NCBI GenBank assembly: GCA_963718895.1 | Contig: CAVRAG010000004.1 | Span: 192,001 to 256,000, forward strand | Direction: 5' to 3' | DNA: 64,000 bases | DNA from: an uncultured Nitrososphaerota archaeon | GTDB taxonomy: Archaea > Thermoproteota > Nitrososphaeria > Nitrososphaerales > Gagatemarchaeaceae | Notes under the pieces: model-generated | What the model saw: the letters and a program-made list of their open reading frames with translations, nothing else | Told to the model about the DNA's origin: nothing | Databases searched by the model: none | Made by a program: the position numbers and the translations under genes | Part shown: in pieces, positions 48,527-57,631 of the stretch | Position numbering within the stretch: position 1 is the stretch's first letter | Layout of the letters: every line of letters starts with the position of its first letter

Positions 48527-49543
48527 TCAGTTGTCGCTTCGCTGTCTTGTAGGTAGCAGAGCTAACCTGCCCAGATGGTGTGAGCCTACCGCATGGTAGG
48601 CGTCGACTGCCTGACCAAGCGTGAAGGTCTTGCCAACATACACCTCGAACGCGCCGGCTTCGATCAGTTTGTTGAGTTTGATTACCAAAGCTCGATCCAT
48701 GCCCCCCATGTAGCCATGCAGACGAACGTTTGAGGGGGCTCTCGGGGGTGGCCTAATACTGTCTGTCCAGGGATATGCCACACGCCCACCTTCGCGCATG
48801 GTGGTGAGAGCGCTTTCAGCTGCCTCGACCGCCCCTTCAGCCTGCCCTCGAACTGTTATCAGGGCCGCATCGAAACCATCCGGGGCGAACTCTCGAGCCG
48901 GAGCGCCTATGTCTCCGCCATGTCCATCCACGGCAGCCTCAGCTCCCAACCTTCGAGCAAGAGCTACGCCGTCCTCCCCCGAGGCTATGGCAAACACCCT
49001 GGCCCCGAGTCGCTTGCCAAGTTGGATGGCCAGGTGCCCCAAACCGCCGCTCGCGCCGAAGACCATCAGTTTTTCGCCCTTCTTCAGATTCAGAGTGTCG
49101 TCCAGCCCTCGCAGGGCGGTACCTCCATCGACGAGCAGGGCCCCCGCCTGTTCGACCGTTATTGTCGAGGGAATCGGCCACGCCTGGTCCGCGTTTAGGG
49201 CCGTATATTCAGCGTAGAATCCTGCCTTTGGATTTGTCCCCCACACATGGCCGTAAACCAGGTCTCCCTTCCTAAACCCGGTGACCTTCTCTCCGACCGC
49301 TACGATCTTGCCCGCACCTTCCGAGCCAAGCACCCATGGGAACTTGGGCTGGATACCGAGCCTCGCCACAAGCATTCCCTCTCGTTCTGCAACATCCCAT
49401 ACACCTATTCCTGCGGACTCGACCTGGACAAGGATTTGATTTGGCCCGACTTCCGGCACAGGGACATTTCTAACCGAAAGAGCCTCAGGACCGCCGAAAC
49501 TGTCTATTGTTACCGCGCGCATCTCGTCTTTGGGCATGGCCAA
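48527..49543 (-). CDS. NADP-dependent oxidoreductase (MDR/quinone oxidoreductase family)
   Basis: FGGPEAL, LGSEGAG, GFYAEY and GASGGLG motifs. Confidence 0.92.
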   Translation of the reverse strand: MAMPKDEMRAVTIDSFGGPEALSVRNVPVPEVGPNQILVQVESAGIGVWDVAEREGMLVARLGIQPKFPWVLGSEGAGKIVAVGEKVTGFRKGDLVYGHVWGTNPKAGFYAEYTALNADQAWPIPSTITVEQAGALLVDGGTALRGLDDTLNLKKGEKLMVFGASGGLGHLAIQLGKRLGARVFAIASGEDGVALARRLGAEAAVDGHGGDIGAPAREFAPDGFDAALITVRGQAEGAVEAAESALTTMREGGRVAYPWTDSIRPPPRAPSNVRLHGYMGGMDRALVIKLNKLIEAGAFEVYVGKTFTLGQAVDAYHAVGSHHLGRLALLPTRQRSDN

Positions 49544-49641
49544 TCGTTAATATCTAAACTATTTAAGTCTTGATTATCAGTCGTCATACGGTATACGTCT
49601 TAACCAGCGATAGCCTAACTATTTATATCGTAAACAACCAC

Positions 49642-50109
49642 TTGCGCCCTGTGCCCGCGCGAGGGGAAACGGCCGACATATATCAGGCAGCCTACAACGC
49701 CATCATTGCGACGTCCAAAGCGATGAGGCACGCTACCCTGAGACTCTTCGTCGATGAGGGAATGACGGACTCTCAGTTCCTGGCGCTCGGGCTGCTCGTG
49801 AGCAACGGGTCCATGCTGATGAGGAAGATGAGTGACGAGATGCTCGTTACTCCCGCCAATGTTACGGGTATAGTCGACCGGCTGGAGGAAAGGAGATTGG
49901 CTAGGAGAGCGCCCGTCAAGGGAGACAGAAGAGCGACCGCAATTGAAATTACCGCCGACGGAAAGGCTCTGTACGAGAGGGTTGCTGTAAAGAAAGCAGC
50001 CATGGTTCAGAAAGCCCTTGCGACGTTCACAAAGGACGAACTGATGACCCTGCATGGCCTCCTCGAAAAATTCCAAAGGGAAATGTCCCGCTCAATCGGC
50101 GAGCGCTAG
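49642..50109 (+). CDS. MarR-family regulator
   Basis: T.SQF..L...VTPANVTGIVDRLE...DRR...IT..G pattern; divergent from the oxidoreductase. Confidence 0.92.
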   Translation: MRPVPARGETADIYQAAYNAIIATSKAMRHATLRLFVDEGMTDSQFLALGLLVSNGSMLMRKMSDEMLVTPANVTGIVDRLEERRLARRAPVKGDRRATAIEITADGKALYERVAVKKAAMVQKALATFTKDELMTLHGLLEKFQREMSRSIGER

Positions 50110-50368
50110 GATTATTCCTGACGGTTGGTTCAAAATCCATCGAGCGAAAGTATCCTAGTCGAAGCTCACCGGCCCCAACCGATTTCTCGATTCCCTTTAG
50201 GTCCGAGATCATGGTCCGGTACGCTTCCATCAAAGGAAGACTGACGCCCATGTATTCGACGGTGCTCTTGTCTGCTTCCTCATCGACGCCCGAAACAGGA
50301 TATCCGATACCGAAGAGAGAGACGACCGCAGTAGCAAGCCGGCATACGCCGCCGATGCGCAGGTGAAG

Positions 50369-50665
50369 CTACCATTGGCGCTGTGCGACGACTTCTGCTT
50401 TCTCGGACGAGTTGTTATCGTCGAGAGAAATCACGTCGTTTATCTCTTCCAGCGTGCCCATGAACTGAAGGCCCTTGGCGGTCAACCTGTAGATGCCCGT
50501 CCCTTCTTCGTACGTGAGAAGCTCCTTTGACTGTAAGAAAGAGAGGTATTCCTTGACCTGGGAGTAGGAGATGTATGCGCCGTACATGATCCTGGTCTTG
50601 GTCGCGCCGTTGTTCGCGCACTGCAGTATCAGGCCTATGATCTCGGACCTGCTGCGATACTTCAC
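50369..50665 (-). CDS. Winged-helix (HTH_45-like) regulator
   Basis: MKYRSRSEII..IL...GATKTRIMY.A..SY.Q..EYL pattern. Confidence 0.9.
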   Translation of the reverse strand: MKYRSRSEIIGLILQCANNGATKTRIMYGAYISYSQVKEYLSFLQSKELLTYEEGTGIYRLTAKGLQFMGTLEEINDVISLDDNNSSEKAEVVAQRQW

Positions 50666-51015
50666 GGCATTTAGAGAGGTATTCTCCTATTTAGCGCTTC
50701 ATAACATTGTTCTAGTCTCGGTCTTGTTGCGTCGGTTTGGATGATGCTGCTTGGCAGCAAGTTGACGCCTCGCAGGCAAAGGAGCCTGCGATGGGGAGGT
50801 GCAGATTAGATGGGAATGATGGATGACGCCTACGACTGGTAGGAGCGGCCACAATCGTGGTAATCGGCCTCTTCATCATCGCGGAGCTGGTTGTCAGTCT
50901 TGTTGCGCAAAAACGGCCTGTTTGGAGACCTGTTGATCGGTGGAGGCGAACTGGCAGCTATAGTCGCGGCGGCAAAGGAAATCTTCAATCGGTAACTTAC
51001 GACAGTCGACAGAAC

Positions 51016-51036
51016 CGTTCGGACAAAGGCGTATAT
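51016..51036 (+). promoter_or_regulatory. TTCGGACAAA-TATA promoter motif
   Basis: 21-nt identity with 40720-40740. Confidence 0.8.
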
Positions 51037-51057
51037 CACGTGGCCCGGCAATAGATT

Positions 51058-51387
51058 GTGAGCTCGTTGAAGCGAAGGGCGAAGCTGGTCTTGAGCCTGG
51101 CCGGGGCGCTCGTCATCCTAGGTCTCTTCCTGCTCCCGGTGGTACCCATCTCGGTCGCCTCTGTCGTCACACTGGACTGCGGCACTCCCTCTGGGCCGAT
51201 CAGCTGTACGTCGTACTATCCCCTTCAGGGAGGATCCGTCTCAGCTTCGGTGATGTACGCATACTTCGGTGTGGGCGCGGTCCAGATCCCGAGCGCGAGC
51301 GGACACACGTACTGCCTGATGTACGACAGCCCTGGTACCATGTGCGGCTTCGCCATGGAGCAGATGAGCTACGAGCCCCATGGCTGA
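51058..51387 (+). CDS. Small membrane protein with variable Cys loop (family member 3)
   Basis: Same scaffold as members 1-2; loop CGTPSGPISC. Confidence 0.82.
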   Translation: MSSLKRRAKLVLSLAGALVILGLFLLPVVPISVASVVTLDCGTPSGPISCTSYYPLQGGSVSASVMYAYFGVGAVQIPSASGHTYCLMYDSPGTMCGFAMEQMSYEPHG

Positions 51388-51931
51388 CGCTCCCGACCTC
51401 AAGAGGAGGCGCAGAAGGATCGTCCTCGCTTCCGCGCTTGTCCTCGTCATCGCTGCAGCGGGCCTAGGAATCTACGTGTTTGAGCAAGCGACATGTTCGT
51501 GGGCCTGTGGAGGCATCCCGAGCCCGGTGATCCAGAGCGCCCAGGCGAGCACTTCGCTGGCAGAGAGCAGCTGCCAGTTCGGGAGAGCGACCGACATCTC
51601 GTGGAACGTGGTGTGCGCCGTCTATGCCAATGGGGGAGACTCTGGTATGGTCACCCTGACCGTGGCCGATCACGGACCGGGAGACGCAGGTTCTGACATC
51701 GACTTTCTCGTGTATTCCTCCGAGCCGCAGTACATCAACTTCACTGCGATTCCCGCCTGCGCCCACACGACAGCTCCCCCTTTGAATGACGAAGCCCCCT
51801 GCCCTGTCTCCGGCAGCTCGCCCCAGGCCTTCCAGTTCGCCTTCGCCACGGCCCAGAGCTATGGCGCCTCTTCTCTCAGGGAACTGGTCAGCGTCACCAT
51901 TGTGATGTACCAGACTTGCTGCTTTCCCTAG
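51380..51931 (+). CDS. Membrane-anchored Cys-rich exported protein
   Basis: KRRRRR plus TM, eight Cys, ends YQTCCFP. Confidence 0.75.
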   Translation: MADAPDLKRRRRRIVLASALVLVIAAAGLGIYVFEQATCSWACGGIPSPVIQSAQASTSLAESSCQFGRATDISWNVVCAVYANGGDSGMVTLTVADHGPGDAGSDIDFLVYSSEPQYINFTAIPACAHTTAPPLNDEAPCPVSGSSPQAFQFAFATAQSYGASSLRELVSVTIVMYQTCCFP

Positions 51932-52125
51932 GCTAGCGGAACTCTCTGCGATATGAGAAGTATGATGCTTTCAGCAGGACAGACCCGAACAAGGTAGCAA
52001 GCATCCCGGCGACGAAGGCTGACAAGCCGCTTGCAGCCCTGTGGGCGGTGGGCAGGCCCAGAAGAGGAAAGGCTCCAAAGATGCCTAATCATCAAGTATG
52101 TACTAGGCAGTTCTCGTTTCAGTAA

Positions 52126-52632
52126 TCATGGCACCGTGACCGTCGTTGTGGTGGTGGTTATGGTCGTCTGGCAACCTGTCACGGTCACCGTGGAGCCGTA
52201 GTTTGTTGCTGTTGAAGTTGCAGTCGTCGTTACGGTGACTGTGCCTTGCGTTGTCTCCGCCACCGTCTGGAAGATAGTTTCGGTAGTCGTAGTGCTGCAT
52301 TCTGTCGTCGTGGTGGTTCCTGCAGGATAGTTGACTGTAGACGTTACAATAACGGTTTCAGTCTCCACTCCCTGTTGAGTACTCGAAACAACCGACGGTG
52401 TCGTGGAGCCTGGAGTTGTAATGGTGTAGGTGATGGTGGGGGCGGGCCCCGTCGTTACGGTGATGGAAGGTCCAGTTGTAGTAGTTATTGACCCAGTTAT
52501 TGACGATGTGCTGTTCGTAGTCTTGGGATTCGTCGAACTCGGGAAGGCAGAGATTGCGAGAATCCCCACCATTGCTGCAAGAAGCACTCCCACAACGACC
52601 ATCCTTCCGATCTCCTTCTTGTACTCAGACAA
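52126..52632 (-). CDS. Exported Thr-rich protein
   Basis: N-terminal TM, Thr-rich body and two Cys. Confidence 0.75.
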   Translation of the reverse strand: MSEYKKEIGRMVVVGVLLAAMVGILAISAFPSSTNPKTTNSTSSITGSITTTTGPSITVTTGPAPTITYTITTPGSTTPSVVSSTQQGVETETVIVTSTVNYPAGTTTTTECSTTTTETIFQTVAETTQGTVTVTTTATSTATNYGSTVTVTGCQTTITTTTTTVTVP

Positions 52633-52675
52633 ATCGAGTCACATCAGCCTATGTATGGGCAGGCTGACTATACAT

Positions 52676-52722
52676 TGCTACGTCTTAGGAGGGTACTTCT
52701 CATCCTTACTAACGTGTAGTAA
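52676..52722. promoter_or_regulatory. Two CTA-N5-TAG palindromes
   Basis: TGCTAcgtctTAGGA at 52676-52690 and TTACTAacgtgTAGTAA at 52706-52722. Confidence 0.65.
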
Positions 52723-52759
52723 TATATCCTCGAAACACGAATGAATACCGACGCGATTC

Positions 52760-53197
52760 ATGGCGGAGATAGCCCCTAGCGATGCAAGTAGGGACTCTGA
52801 CGCATACCTGAAAGGTACGACCTACAGAGTTTACCGCTACTTGCTCAAGCAGGCGGGGCCGGTGGGAATCTCCGACGTGCAGAGGGGGATGAATCTCAGT
52901 TCTCCCTCAGTCGCTCAGTACCACATCAGGAAACTCCTGCGGCTCGGCCTCATCCGAGAGGAGCAGGAAGGGTACGTCATAGACAAGATGGTGTTAGAGA
53001 ATGTCATTAGGATAAGGAGGATCTCAATCCCCACGCAGACGGCATACCTAGCCTTCTTTGGCGTCACATTCTTCGTTCTGTTGGTCTTTCTCAGACCCGC
53101 GACGATAAACTCGCTCTATTTCTTTGCGGTTGTCGTAAATGTCGCCGCACTTGCAGTGTCGTTGTATGAAGTGGGCAAGACATTGAAGCGGCTGTAG
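52760..53197 (+). CDS. Membrane-tethered winged-helix regulator (paralog 3)
   Basis: GTTYRVYRY...SSPSVAQYHIRKL...IPTQTAY plus two TM helices. Confidence 0.85.
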   Translation: MAEIAPSDASRDSDAYLKGTTYRVYRYLLKQAGPVGISDVQRGMNLSSPSVAQYHIRKLLRLGLIREEQEGYVIDKMVLENVIRIRRISIPTQTAYLAFFGVTFFVLLVFLRPATINSLYFFAVVVNVAALAVSLYEVGKTLKRL

Positions 53198-53322
53198 AAG
53201 AACACCTAGGAAGAGATGTCCAGTGGGCTATCGGTTGCCTTTTGCCACATTTGGTATGACGGCCAGCGAATGTATTCTACCCTCCTAGGCTTGCTTGCAT
53301 GTCCAACTGGCATACAGTGGGT

Positions 53323-53342
53323 GTTCGGACAAAGGTGTATTA
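53323..53342 (+). promoter_or_regulatory. TTCGGACAAA-TATA promoter motif
   Basis: GTTCGGACAAAGGTGTATTA, 46 nt before ATG 53369. Confidence 0.75.
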
Positions 53343-53368
53343 CAATGGGGACGGCTAATGCGACTGAC

Positions 53369-53686
53369 ATGAAGCGAGCATCGAAGTTGGCTCTGGGACT
53401 GGCGGCCTTAGTGGTTGTCTTGGCTCTCTTCCTGCTTCCGATTATACCTATTCAGGTATCACCTACGGATACACCCTCGTGTGCGACTAAACCTCCCGTT
53501 GATGTGTATCCCTGCACCGTGTTCTTCGAGGGTTCGGCCCGAGCCTCAGTGATGTACGCTTATCTTGGTATGGGGACAGTCCAGATAGCAAACTCCAGCA
53601 GCTATGCATACTGTCTCGTGTACGGCAATCCCGGCACGATGTGTGGTCAGCCAGTGCAGAGAATGAATCAGATGACGGCTCCATGA
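53369..53686 (+). CDS. Small membrane protein with variable Cys loop (family member 4)
   Basis: Same scaffold; loop CATKPPVDVYPC. Start set at MKRASK by homology. Confidence 0.82.
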   Translation: MKRASKLALGLAALVVVLALFLLPIIPIQVSPTDTPSCATKPPVDVYPCTVFFEGSARASVMYAYLGMGTVQIANSSSYAYCLVYGNPGTMCGQPVQRMNQMTAP

Positions 53687-53910
53687 AACGAAAATCGGCA
53701 GTGGTGCTGACGATCGGGTTCACACTGATCTTCGTCACTCTTGTTCCCGCTGTCTACAACTCGAGCTATCAGCACGGCGTCATCGGCATAGGAATCGGCG
53801 GGAGTGTCTGCTTTGGCTCACCAGACCAGTTTCGTTCGATATCTCTAGTGGTCTTCGGTGGTGGCGCGGCCGTCCGCTGGGGGACCTACGTTCCTTTCAC
53901 TTTCTGTTAG
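53683..53910 (+). CDS. Small membrane protein, possible divergent member of the same family
   Basis: MKRK-TM-VP...S.S...FG.GA...Y pattern; ATGA overlap with member 4. Confidence 0.6.
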   Translation: MKRKSAVVLTIGFTLIFVTLVPAVYNSSYQHGVIGIGIGGSVCFGSPDQFRSISLVVFGGGAAVRWGTYVPFTFC

Positions 53911-53955
53911 CCTTTATTCAGGACCGCATATCCGGGGCAATCTACGCGACCACGG

Positions 53956-54140
53956 TTAGCACGAGTTAGGCAGTTTCTTCTGGTATCGGGCCAGCGTTCC
54001 CAAGAGAACCTCTTCAACGTCGACGTCCATCTCGTTTGCCATGGACATTGACGAAAAGATGGCGTCTCCCAGCTCTGCCACGGTCTTGTCGCTCACGTTT
54101 TCGATTCCGCATTTTCCATAGTCAAACTGCGTTCACCTTC
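53956..54140 (-). pseudogene. MazG-like nucleotide pyrophosphohydrolase remnant, copy 1
   Basis: DYGK...AELGDAIFS...ANEMDVDVEEVL...L.RY; no start codon. Confidence 0.65.
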
Positions 54141-54218
54141 GGGAGTCCTGACCTTGCGGTCGGGGACGCCCGGCCCTACCTACTGTAGTGTAGAGTGGCC
54201 GTCTCGTTGTCTCCGAAC

Positions 54219-54710
54219 TTAAGGTGCAACACCGAGACAGGCTGTCGCGCTGCCATATGGCGCACTAGCGCTGTTCGATTGGGTTGCGGCTCCATAACTC
54301 ACCGAGACGGTCAACGTACCGTCGCTGGAGTCGAATTTGTTCGCCCAAGCGCATAGGTATGACTCTCCAGTTGGATTCCAGCTCGGAATGACGAATGTAG
54401 CGTTTCCACTAATACTAGGTATGCACTGATTCACTGTGAGAGTGCCAAGACCCTCCTTTAATGAGGAGAAGCCCTGTATCTTTGAACTCGACTGTCCAGC
54501 GTAATTGACTTGGACATAGAAGTTGCTCGCGCTTTGGTTTTGGGGCCCTGCGGATGCGGATGTTCCAAGTGTACAGGTTCCAATAGCAATGATTGTACCC
54601 GTAGTTGTACGAGATGTAAGTGCGATGACGGTTATTGCGCCGACTACAATGACTGTGAGCGCAATTGTGGCAATAACGACTTTTCCAATTGCCCGTCTTT
54701 GCGTTATCAC
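54219..54710 (-). CDS. Pilin-like exported protein with class III-like signal peptide
   Basis: QRRA-IGKVVIA plus hydrophobic stretch, four Cys, and K.D...GTLTVS...SA.YG pattern. Confidence 0.75.
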   Translation of the reverse strand: MITQRRAIGKVVIATIALTVIVVGAITVIALTSRTTTGTIIAIGTCTLGTSASAGPQNQSASNFYVQVNYAGQSSSKIQGFSSLKEGLGTLTVNQCIPSISGNATFVIPSWNPTGESYLCAWANKFDSSDGTLTVSVSYGAATQSNSASAPYGSATACLGVAP

Positions 54711-54742
54711 GTCAGAACGGTATTCAGAGTGGGCATTTCGTC

Positions 54743-54761
54743 ATTAATACGTTTGTCCGAA
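54743..54761 (-). promoter_or_regulatory. TTCGGACAAA-TATA promoter motif
   Basis: TTCGGACAAACGTATTAAT on the minus strand, 51 nt before 54710. Confidence 0.7.
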
Positions 54762-54898
54762 TGACGCTGATTGTACTGGGGTGCTTATGATGGCTGAAGG
54801 TAGATAGTCCTGTTGTTTAGGACGGCCATCTTGATGTGTGTTTGAGCTATGTGAGCATGACTCGATATGTCTCACTACAGTCCTTCAGGCATTGCTTC

Positions 54899-57068
54899 TT
54901 ACCTGTAGAATGGCACTCCTGCTCTCTCCATCGGGTTGCTCTCCCTGGAGGACCTCACCTTCTTCGCTGCCTCCTGGAAGTGCTCGTAGGTCACGATCGG
55001 TTCACTCAGGTGCTTCTTCGCGTCTTCGGGCTTCGGATACTTGGCGATGTATGCTTGAAGAACGATGGAGAGCGCCGTGTTCACAAGCGCGGCCAGAGTC
55101 TGCCCCATTGAAGCCCTCGGTCATCTCAACGAGACGGTCAACCCCCACGTCCTTTGAGATTGGCTTCCCCTTCAGCTGTATCTGCAATATGCCCTTCCTC
55201 GCCTCCTTGTCGGGCAGCGGGACGTTGACGATCTTGTCGAATCTGCCCGGCCTGAGTAGGGCCGGGTCTACCATGTCAATCCTGTTCGTGGCTGCGAGCA
55301 CCACAACACCCTGTAGCGCCTGGATACCGTCCAGTTCCGTGAGCAGCTGACTGACCACCCTCTCGGTCACATTGCTGTCTCCCCCCATTCCCCTCACTGG
55401 AGCGAGAGCGTCTATCTCGTCGAAGAAGATTATGCATGGAGACGCTTGTCTTGCTCGTTTGAAGACCTCTCGCACACCCCTTTCCGATTCACCCACCCAC
55501 TTGCTGAGCAGCTCGGGTCCCCTGACGCTGATGAAGTTCGCCTCACTCTCGGTCGCAACCGCCTTGGCCAAGAGCGTCTTTCCAGTCCCGGATGGACCGA
55601 ATAGAAGGACCCCCTTCGGCATGCTGTAGCCTATCGCCTTGTACAGGTCAGAGAACTTGAGCGGCCACTCCACAGCCTCCTGAAGTTCCCTCTTTACGTC
55701 CTCCAACCCTCCAATCTCGGACCACTTCACGTCGGGCGTTTCGAGATACACCTCTCTCATTGCCGATGGCACGATTTCTTTCAGCGCGTTCTCGAAGTCG
55801 CCCCCCGTGACAATCAGTTTGTCGAGCAACTCAGGGCTCAGCCGTTCTTCCTGGAGGTTCAGCTCTGGCAGCATCCTCCTGAGGGTCTTCATGGCGGCCT
55901 CTTTGCAGAGATACTCGAGGTCGGCCCCGACGAACCCGTGCGACACTGAGGCGAGCCTCTCCAGGTCGACGTCCTGCAGCAGTGGCATGTGACGAGTGTG
56001 GATCTGCAGTATCTCGTACCTCCCCTTCTTGTCTGGGACCTTGATCTCGATCTCTCGGTCAAACCTGCCTGGTCTTCGGAGGGCTGGGTCCAGCGCGTTG
56101 GGCCGATTGGTGGCTGCTATCACTATGACCTTGCCCCTGGCCTCGAGGCCGTCCATCAAGGAGAGCAACTGGCTGACGACCCTCCTCTCGACTTCACCGG
56201 TCACCTCCTCCCGCTTCGGAGCTATCGAGTCGATCTCGTCGATGAAGACGATGGTAGGCGCCTTCTCCTTTGCCTCCTTGAATATCTCCCTGAGCCTCGC
56301 CTCCGACTCGCCGTAGAACTTGCTCATGATCTCCGGGCCACCTATCGGGATGAAGTGAGCGTTGCTCTCAGTGGATACAGCCTTCGCCAGGAGCGTCTTG
56401 CCGGTTCCCGGAGGGCCGTAGAGGAGGACTCCCTTCGGTGCTTCGACGCCCAACTTCTCGAAAATCTCCGGATGTCTGAGAGGGAGCTCGATCATCTCCC
56501 TTACTTTCTGAATCTCGTCTTTTATGCCACCGATATCTTCGTAGGTTACCTCCGGTACTCCCCTTAGAACCGCGCCCTTCTCAGAAATGACGAAGACCGT
56601 CCTCTGGGTTATCAGCGCCGCTTCTGCTGCGGGACTTATCTCAGTAACCTGAAAAGTGAGCCTACCTCCGAAGTACGGTATCATGACGTTATCCCCCTTC
56701 GTCACCGGAATCCCGTCGAGGGCATCCGCCAGGTATCTTTCGTCGATGGGCGGTGTAGCCACGAGCGGAGCGACCACGACCTTCTCAGCCGGCAGGGCCT
56801 TGACCTTCTTTACGACAACCGTGTCACCGATGGCGACGCCAGCGTTGTTCCTGATGATACCGTCGGTCCTCATTATTCCTCTGCCCTCGTCTGAGGGGTA
56901 GAGGGGGAGGCACCTCGCGACCGTCCGTCTCTTTCCGTTGACCTCGATCACGTCTCCCGTGGACGCGTCCAAACCATCCATCGCGTGATAGTCCAGCCTG
57001 GCCACACCTCGACCCACATCGCGAGTGTATGCCTCCAGAACCTTAAGCTGGACTGGCTGCTGGCTCAC
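54899..57068 (-). CDS. cdc48: CDC48/VCP AAA+ ATPase (frameshift near 55098)
   Basis: RDVGRG.AR N-domain, two Walker A/B sets ([16 protein letters not shown]) and RPGRFD; C-terminus continues in the 54899 frame. Confidence 0.93.
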
Positions 57069-57445
57069 TCGTTTGTCACTGGTGGACAATCTTGACGTTC
57101 CTTTGCTATCAATGAGTCTTCCCATGAGATAGGTGTTGCTATCATGCACTTAGGAATACAAGTTTAGATGGCATCTTTCGTGAGTGCTAACTTGAAGAGC
57201 TCTCTAACTCAGTACTAAGCTTTCGGCTGATGCTTGAACGTCTTTAGATATTCGGCCGGGTCAACGGATTCTGGGTTGACTCCAGCATGCCCTACTCTTC
57301 AGCCAAGTTCAGCTCGATTTGCTGACTCATGTCGCTTCTTCCAGCTAACAAAAGCAGGAGGCGGATCATGCTCTCAACCCCAGGATGTCGTTGCGCTCGC
57401 TGAGGAGCGCGTAAAGCGGTTGCAGGTTGAGTAGCCGGGGCCGCC

Positions 57446-57502
57446 TTATTTGGTTGCTTTTTTCTTGACAGCCTTCTTCTTGACCGTCTTCGACTTTGCC
57501 AT
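57446..57502 (-). CDS. 18-aa lysine-rich micropeptide MAKSKTVKKKAVKKKATK
   Basis: ATG-to-TAA frame in an intergenic gap with TATA-like ATTTAAG about 25 nt upstream. Confidence 0.55.
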   Translation of the reverse strand: MAKSKTVKKKAVKKKATK

Positions 57503-57631
57503 CTAGCTGAAGGTCCGTGGCGTTGCTTAAATTGTTTGCAGCCCGCACGCGCGGGCCAGAGCCTCCGGCCTGCCCTTCCCGCGTTTGAGTCGCCGCGAGA
57601 AGGCGAGCGAATGCGTTCTCTATCTTATCCC

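Noticed and set aside
40774-53686. Diversity-generating retroelement behind the variable loops
   Set aside because: No reverse transcriptase and no near-identical template/variable repeat pair differing at adenines; the loops also differ in length.
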